Below the pieces are notes generated by a model, which was not told where the DNA came from, ran no database searches, and worked only from the letters and a program-made list of their open reading frames with translations. Below, in pieces: positions 58,766 to 64,000 of a stretch of 64,000 nucleotides of DNA. Each line of letters starts with the position of its first letter. The stretch's first letter is position 1. The stretch spans positions 48 through 64,047 of the forward strand of contig CALVVZ010000001.1 in the NCBI GenBank assembly GCA_944364075.1, written 5' to 3'. Both the position numbers and the translations under genes were made by a program. The DNA comes from an uncultured Clostridia bacterium. GTDB lineage: Bacteria; Bacillota; Clostridia; Christensenellales; Aristaeellaceae.

Positions 58766-59371
58766 TTACCGCAGTTTTTCCCCCGCCGCCTTGCCCACGG
58801 CCCGGGCCTCGGCCTCCGCCCGGCGGAGGATGCCCTCCACGTCCCGGCCCTGAATGTCGATGCCCTCGGCGCATACGGAGCGAAACTCCGGGATGCCCAG
58901 CAGGGAAAGCACCGCGCGCATGTAGCCCGCGCCCCAGTCGTTTTCCCCCACGGGGCTGCCGGCGGTGGAAATGTACACGGCCAGCCTGCCCCGGGCCAGG
59001 CCCACGGGCTCCCCGGCCGGGGTGTAGCGGAAGGTGAGGTTGCGCACGTAGACGTTTTCCACCCAGACTTTCAGCGCCGCGGGAAAGGACAGGTCCCAAT
59101 AGGGCGCGCCGATGAGCACCGCGTCCGCGTGGGCGAAGGCATAGGCCGGACGCAGCAGCGGGTCGTCCCAGCGCCGGGCGTCGCACAGGGCTTCCTTGCG
59201 GCGAAGCACCGGCGCGGTCACGGGCTGCAGGTTCATGCGGGTCAGGTCATGCTCCTGCACTTCCAGCCCGGGGCAGGCCTTTCGGGCCTCCTCCAGGAAA
59301 GCCCGGCACAGGGCGTGGGTGCGGGAGACCTCCGGGCCCCGCATGCAGGCGTTGACAAATAAAAGGCGCAT
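58766..59371 (-). CDS. Flavodoxin-like fold NAD(P)H oxidoreductase (AzoR / FMN-reductase-like)
   Basis: MRLLFVNAC ... and ADAVLIGAPYWDLSFPAALK patterns. AAAGGAG Shine-Dalgarno before the ATG at 59371. Confidence 0.65.
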   Translation of the reverse strand: MRLLFVNACMRGPEVSRTHALCRAFLEEARKACPGLEVQEHDLTRMNLQPVTAPVLRRKEALCDARRWDDPLLRPAYAFAHADAVLIGAPYWDLSFPAALKVWVENVYVRNLTFRYTPAGEPVGLARGRLAVYISTAGSPVGENDWGAGYMRAVLSLLGIPEFRSVCAEGIDIQGRDVEGILRRAEAEARAVGKAAGEKLR

Positions 59372-59530
59372 GGGCGCTCCTTTCCCCGGAACGCGCGGTC
59401 CCGGCGGCATAACAATAAAATTTTCCATACATTTCTTCGACCTGCCGGCAGGATTCCCTTGCATGAAAAACAAATTGTAAAGATAATACCGCTCTTTTTC
59501 GGGCGGAAATCATACAGGAGGTTCTATCCC

Positions 59531-60520
59531 ATGAAAAAGATTCTGGCGGCGATGCTGACCCTGGCGCTGTGCGTTTCCATGCTGGCGGTGCCCGCTATGG
59601 CGGAGGAAAAGACCACCCCGTCCATCTGCATCGTGGTGGCCGGCGGCCTGGGCGACCGTTCCTTCTATGATTCGGCCAACGAAGGCATCGAACAGCTGCA
59701 GGCGGACTATGGCACGGAGATTCGCGTGATCGAGTGCAAGGAGGACGCGTCCCTGTACGAGAGCAGCCTCATTGACGCGGCGGAGGTTTCCGACGTGATC
59801 GCCGCGGTGGGCTGGCAGTTCTGGGACAGCCTGCCCGGGGTCATCGAGGCCTTCCCGGACAAGCAGTTCCTGTTTATCGACAACGCCATCGACGGTTCCT
59901 TTGAAAACGGCATGTCCATCCTTTATGCCCAGAATGAGGGCTCCTTCCTGGTGGGCTACATCGCCGCCAAGCTGACCAAGACCGGCAAGATCGGCGTGGT
60001 GGGCGGCGAGGACAGCGACACCATCAACGACTTCATCGTGGGCTACGAGGCGGGCGCCGCTTATGCCAACCCGGACATCACGGTGGAGAAGCAGTACGCC
60101 AACGGCTTTGAGGACCCCGCCAACGGCAAGGAGTGCGCCCTGGCCCTGTACGGCATGGGCTGCGACATCGTGTTCCAGGTGGCGGGCAAGACCGGCGAGG
60201 GCGTGTTCGAGGCCGCGGCGGAGACCGGCAACTACGCCATCGGCGTGGACGGCGACCAGAAGTACATCAACCCCGACGTGATCATCTGCTCCATGGTCAA
60301 GAAGGTGGGCAAGTCCATCTATGACACCCTGGCCGACATGGAGAACTACTTCAAGGGCGGCGAAATCTGGGAGGCCGACATGGCCACCGGCTACATCGAC
60401 GTGGTGTACGGCGACGATACCATGCCCCAGCAGGTTTCCGACGAGCTGAAGGCCGAGGTCGAGACGTTGAAGGAAAAGATCATCAACGGCGAGATCGAAG
60501 TCCCCACCACGCTGGAGTAA
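59531..60520 (+). CDS. BMP-family (PnrA-like) ABC substrate-binding lipoprotein
   Basis: Lipobox LTLALC. GLGDRSFYDSA and GVVGGED patterns. Confidence 0.8.
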   Translation: MKKILAAMLTLALCVSMLAVPAMAEEKTTPSICIVVAGGLGDRSFYDSANEGIEQLQADYGTEIRVIECKEDASLYESSLIDAAEVSDVIAAVGWQFWDSLPGVIEAFPDKQFLFIDNAIDGSFENGMSILYAQNEGSFLVGYIAAKLTKTGKIGVVGGEDSDTINDFIVGYEAGAAYANPDITVEKQYANGFEDPANGKECALALYGMGCDIVFQVAGKTGEGVFEAAAETGNYAIGVDGDQKYINPDVIICSMVKKVGKSIYDTLADMENYFKGGEIWEADMATGYIDVVYGDDTMPQQVSDELKAEVETLKEKIINGEIEVPTTLE

Positions 60521-60615
60521 CGCACCAACAAGCATACCGGGGGGAGGCGGCCTCGCGCACGGCGGGACGCCTCCCCCTTCCTTCCTTTTCCGAAAACAAA
60601 AGCGAGGCGATTGAT

Positions 60616-62157
60616 TTGGCACAGGGCGAGACCATCGTTTCCTTTCAGCACGTATCCATGCAGTTCCCGGGGGTGCTGGCGAATCATGACGTGACGCTGG
60701 ACATCCGCAAGGGAGAGGTCTTTGCCCTGGTAGGGGAGAACGGCGCGGGCAAGTCCACGCTGATGAACATCCTCTACGGGCTGAACACGCCCACCAGCGG
60801 CAAGGTGTTCGTCAAGGGCGAACAGATCGCGCACTTCAGCCCCAGCGAGGCCATCGCCCGGGGCGTGGGTATGGTGCATCAGCACTTCATGCTGGTGCCC
60901 TCCTTCACCGTGGCGCAAAACATCGTGCTGAGCAACGAACCCCGCAAGCTGGGGATTTTTTATGATTTCTCCAAAGCGATGGAGGATACGGAAAACCTGG
61001 TACGGGAATACGGCCTCGCCGTGGACCCCCAGGCCCGGGTGGAGGACATCAGCGTGGGCCTGCAGCAGCGGGTGGAGATTCTCAAAACCCTGCACCGGGG
61101 CGCCGATGTGCTCATCCTGGACGAACCCACCGCCGTGCTGACGCCCCAGGAAACCGACGAGCTTTTCACGGTAATCCGCCGCATGGTGCAGGAAAAGCAG
61201 ATGACCATCATCATCATCACCCACAAGCTCTACGAGGTCATGGCCATCTCCGACCGGGTGGGCGTCATGCGCCAGGGCAAGCTGGTGGGCGTAGCGGAAA
61301 CCAGGGATGTGAACGAGCGCATTTTGGCCGCCATGATGGTGGGCAAGGAAGTGCTGCTGGACGCCCTGGACCGCACGGAGGCCGTCTCTGAGGAAACCGC
61401 GGTGGAGGCGCAGGACCTGCAGGCCCTGGACAACCGCGGCCTGCCCGCGGTGCGAGGGGTGAGCTTCACGGTGCGCCGGGGGGAGATCCTGGGTATTGCG
61501 GGCATTGAGGGCAACGGACAGAGCGAGCTGATCGAGGCCGTGACGGGCATGCGTCCCCTGCGGGGCGGCACGGTGCGCATCATGGGCCAATCCATCGCCG
61601 GGAAAACCCCCGGCGGGATCCGCGCCCTGGGCCTGGCCCACGTGCCCGAGGACCGGCTGGCCACCGGGGTATGCGCCCCCGCGGATGTCACCGACAACCT
61701 GATCGTGGGCAAGGAAAAGGACCGGCGCTTTTCCTGGAAGCGCATCCACATGAAGCGCAGGGCCATACGCGCCTATGCCCAGGAGGTCTTCCGGCGCTTC
61801 GACATCCGGGGCGCGGGGGTGGACACAGCGGTGGGCTCCCTCTCCGGGGGCAACATGCAGAAGGTAGTGGTGGCCCGGGAATTCTCCTTCGACACGCCGG
61901 TGCTCATCATTTCCCAGCCCACCCGGGGCGTGGACATCGGCGCCATGGACTTCATCCACCAGCAGATCATGCAAAAGCGCAACGCGGGCTGCGCCATCCT
62001 GCTGGTGAGCGCCGACCTGGACGAGTTGCTCCGCCTCTCCGACCGGCTGCTGACCATCTATGAGGGCAGAATCACCGGAGAATTCCGGCCGGAACACGTT
62101 GACAAGCGGGAAATCAGCTTCTACATGACCGGCGGGCGGAAGGAGGAACAAGCATGA
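60616..62157 (+). CDS. ABC transporter ATP-binding protein (duplicated ATPase)
   Basis: Two Walker A / signature sets: GENGAGKST with GLQQRVEI, and GNGQSEL with LSGGNMQK. TTG start. Confidence 0.88.
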   Translation: MAQGETIVSFQHVSMQFPGVLANHDVTLDIRKGEVFALVGENGAGKSTLMNILYGLNTPTSGKVFVKGEQIAHFSPSEAIARGVGMVHQHFMLVPSFTVAQNIVLSNEPRKLGIFYDFSKAMEDTENLVREYGLAVDPQARVEDISVGLQQRVEILKTLHRGADVLILDEPTAVLTPQETDELFTVIRRMVQEKQMTIIIITHKLYEVMAISDRVGVMRQGKLVGVAETRDVNERILAAMMVGKEVLLDALDRTEAVSEETAVEAQDLQALDNRGLPAVRGVSFTVRRGEILGIAGIEGNGQSELIEAVTGMRPLRGGTVRIMGQSIAGKTPGGIRALGLAHVPEDRLATGVCAPADVTDNLIVGKEKDRRFSWKRIHMKRRAIRAYAQEVFRRFDIRGAGVDTAVGSLSGGNMQKVVVAREFSFDTPVLIISQPTRGVDIGAMDFIHQQIMQKRNAGCAILLVSADLDELLRLSDRLLTIYEGRITGEFRPEHVDKREISFYMTGGRKEEQA

Positions 62158-63236
62158 ACAAAAGCAAAAGCCGCCTGCAATACCTCTTTTCCCTGGCGGT
62201 GAGCGTGCTGCTGGCCCTGGTGCTGGGCGGGCTGATTATGGCCGCCACGGGGCACAACCCCATCGAGGGGTACGGCGCGCTGCTGGCCGGCGCCCTGGGC
62301 ACCAGCCGGGGCGTTGGCAACACCCTGGCCAAGTCCGCCACCCTGTGCCTCACGGGCCTGGCCACGGCGGTGGCAGCCCAGGCGGGCATCTTCAACGTGG
62401 GCGGCGAAGGCCAGCTGTACCTGGGGGCCATTGCCTCGGCTTATGTGGGCGCGCGGCTCACGGGGGTCACGCCCTGGATCGCCCTACCCCTGTGCTTCCT
62501 GGCGGCCATTGCCGCGGGCGGGCTGTACGCCTGGATTCCCGCGGTGCTGAAGGTGAAGATGAAGGTCAACGAGGTCATCACCACCATCATGATGAACTCC
62601 GCGGCCATCTACTTCTGCTCCTATCTGGCCAACGGCCCCTTGAAAACCGCCGACCGGGGCGTTTCCGCCGGCACGGACGCGGTGGACCCAGCCTTCATGT
62701 TTGAGCGGGTCATCAAGCTGTCCAACCTGACGGAGAGCATTTTCTACGCCGCCGCCATTGCGCTGATTGTCTGGTATGTGATGCGCAAGACCACCGCGGG
62801 CTTTGAAATGAAGCTCACGGGCCATAACGAGCGCTTCGCCCGCTTCAGCGGCATCAAGGCCGGGAAGCTGGCCATCTGGAGCATGGTGGCCTCCGGGGCC
62901 ATCTGCGGCCTGGTGGGCATGTTCGAGGTGTTCGGCCTGCACAAGCGCTTTGTGACCACGGTATCCAACGAGTTTTACTTCGACGGCATGCTGGTAGCCA
63001 TGATTATGCGCTATCAGCCTGTGGGAATTATCCTCATGAGCCTGTTCTTCGGGGTGCTGAAGGTGGGCGCCACGACCATGGAGGCCAAGGTGGGCATCTC
63101 CAGCGAACTGATCATGATCGTGCAGTCCATCATCATCTTCTTCATGGCGGCGGAGGAAGGCATCATGAACAGCATACTGGCCAGGCGCGCCCGGAAGCGG
63201 GCCGCCCTGACCCTGGAAAAGGAGGCGGGGGCGTAA
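62154..63236 (+). CDS. ABC transporter permease
   Basis: Multi-TM protein. ATGA overlap with the ATPase gene. Confidence 0.85.
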   Translation: MNKSKSRLQYLFSLAVSVLLALVLGGLIMAATGHNPIEGYGALLAGALGTSRGVGNTLAKSATLCLTGLATAVAAQAGIFNVGGEGQLYLGAIASAYVGARLTGVTPWIALPLCFLAAIAAGGLYAWIPAVLKVKMKVNEVITTIMMNSAAIYFCSYLANGPLKTADRGVSAGTDAVDPAFMFERVIKLSNLTESIFYAAAIALIVWYVMRKTTAGFEMKLTGHNERFARFSGIKAGKLAIWSMVASGAICGLVGMFEVFGLHKRFVTTVSNEFYFDGMLVAMIMRYQPVGIILMSLFFGVLKVGATTMEAKVGISSELIMIVQSIIIFFMAAEEGIMNSILARRARKRAALTLEKEAGA

Positions 63237-64000
63237 TGGACTGGAGCAATGTGTTCAATATGGGCCTGCTGCAAAACACCCTGCGCACCGCCACCCCGGT
63301 GATCCTGGTGGGCCTGGGCTGCCTGATGACGGACCACGTGGGCATCATGAACATCGGCGTGGACGGCATGATGCTGGTGGGGGCGTTCATGGCGGTGCTG
63401 GGGAGCTATTTCTTCTCCAGCTGGGCCATGGGACTGCTGTTTGCCGTGCTGGCCGGGGTGCTGCTGGGGCTGTTCTATGGGCTGTTTGTGGTGAAGTTCA
63501 AGAGCGACGAGTTCATCATCGGCGTGGCGCTGAACAGCTTTGCCGGCGGGCTGACGGTGTTCCTATTGCGGACCATCTTCGGCGTGAAGGGCGCCTTCTC
63601 CGATCCCGGCATCGTGAGCCTGCCCACCCTTTCGGCGGACTGGCTGGAGGGGATTCCCCTCATCGGGCCGCTGCTGAACAACAATACCCTGCTGGTCTAT
63701 TGCAGCTGGGTGCTGGTCTACCTGTGCTGGCTGTTCATCTACCGCACGCCCGTGGGCTTCTGGATGCGGGCGGCGGGGGAGCATCCCCAATCCCTGCGCT
63801 CGGCGGGCAAGAGCCCGGAGAAGATGAAGTACCTGGCTTCGGTGCTCTGCGGCATATTCAGCGGCCTGGGCGGGGCGCACCTGTCCCTGGGCTACCTGAC
63901 CATGTTTAGCGAGAACATGTCCGCCTCTCGGGGCTACATCGCCGTGGCCTGCGTGATCTTCGGGCGCTCCAACCCGCCCATGGTGTTCCTGGCGGCGCTG
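63236..64000 (+). CDS. Second ABC transporter permease (partial; runs off the window)
   Basis: The ATG at 63236 overlaps the upstream stop as TAATG. Hand translation MDWSNVFNMGLLQNTLRTATPVILVGLGCLM ... stays open to base 64000. Confidence 0.75.
   Translation, partial: MDWSNVFNMGLLQNTLRTATPVILVGLGCLMTDHVGIMNIGVDGMMLVGAFMAVLGSYFFSSWAMGLLFAVLAGVLLGLFYGLFVVKFKSDEFIIGVALNSFAGGLTVFLLRTIFGVKGAFSDPGIVSLPTLSADWLEGIPLIGPLLNNNTLLVYCSWVLVYLCWLFIYRTPVGFWMRAAGEHPQSLRSAGKSPEKMKYLASVLCGIFSGLGGAHLSLGYLTMFSENMSASRGYIAVACVIFGRSNPPMVFLAAL

Overview
About 47 kb of this window (1 to ~47050) is an apparently complete temperate phage. It sits in a high-GC Gram-positive, Clostridia-like chromosome. The remaining ~17 kb is host DNA: pyk, ftsY, a TrmH-family methyltransferase, NUDIX, a NadR-like enzyme, a Tat/4Fe-4S protein, hypA/hypB, an EamA permease, a flavodoxin-like reductase and a BMP-type ABC transporter. 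Almost all phage genes are on the minus strand. From right to left the modules are: large serine integrase, lipoprotein moron, divergent cI/cro switch, and a long early operon (DUF1064 nuclease, thyX, MazG, replisome organizer plus G39P-like loader, ssb, DUF5131 protein, ASCH, 547-aa Dcm). Then come a late regulator, a lambda-like packaging/head module (terS, terL, W, portal, ClpP protease, D, E), a P2/Mu-like contractile tail, fibre genes, a diversity-generating retroelement (DGR), a lysis cassette, and a terminal accessory block (short tyrosine recombinase, HExxH protein, Dam methylase). Main second-look items: (1) A canonical DGR: TR 6494..6614 and VR 7157..7277 differ at 9 positions, all of them TR adenines. 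(2) A 736-nt ORF-free stretch (42229..42964) in an otherwise tightly packed operon. It carries two non-canonical tRNA-like modules with encoded CCA next to a canonical tRNA-Thr(CGU), and may be a large structured RNA or a tRNA-mimic locus. (3) An 18-nt poly-G tract inside the phage Dam gene. (4) Host hypA split by a 196-bp TIR element flanked by 21-bp direct repeats. (5) A consensus late promoter followed immediately by an intrinsic terminator. (6) A promoter-to-terminator cassette for a ~67-nt antisense small RNA. (7) A T_TTT_TTG -1 frameshift site in the tail chaperone gene. (8) An integrase ORF with no stop codon until it has crossed a terminator, the phage/host GC boundary and the 3' end of pyk. 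All functional calls rest on motifs read by eye. No database search or folding program was run.
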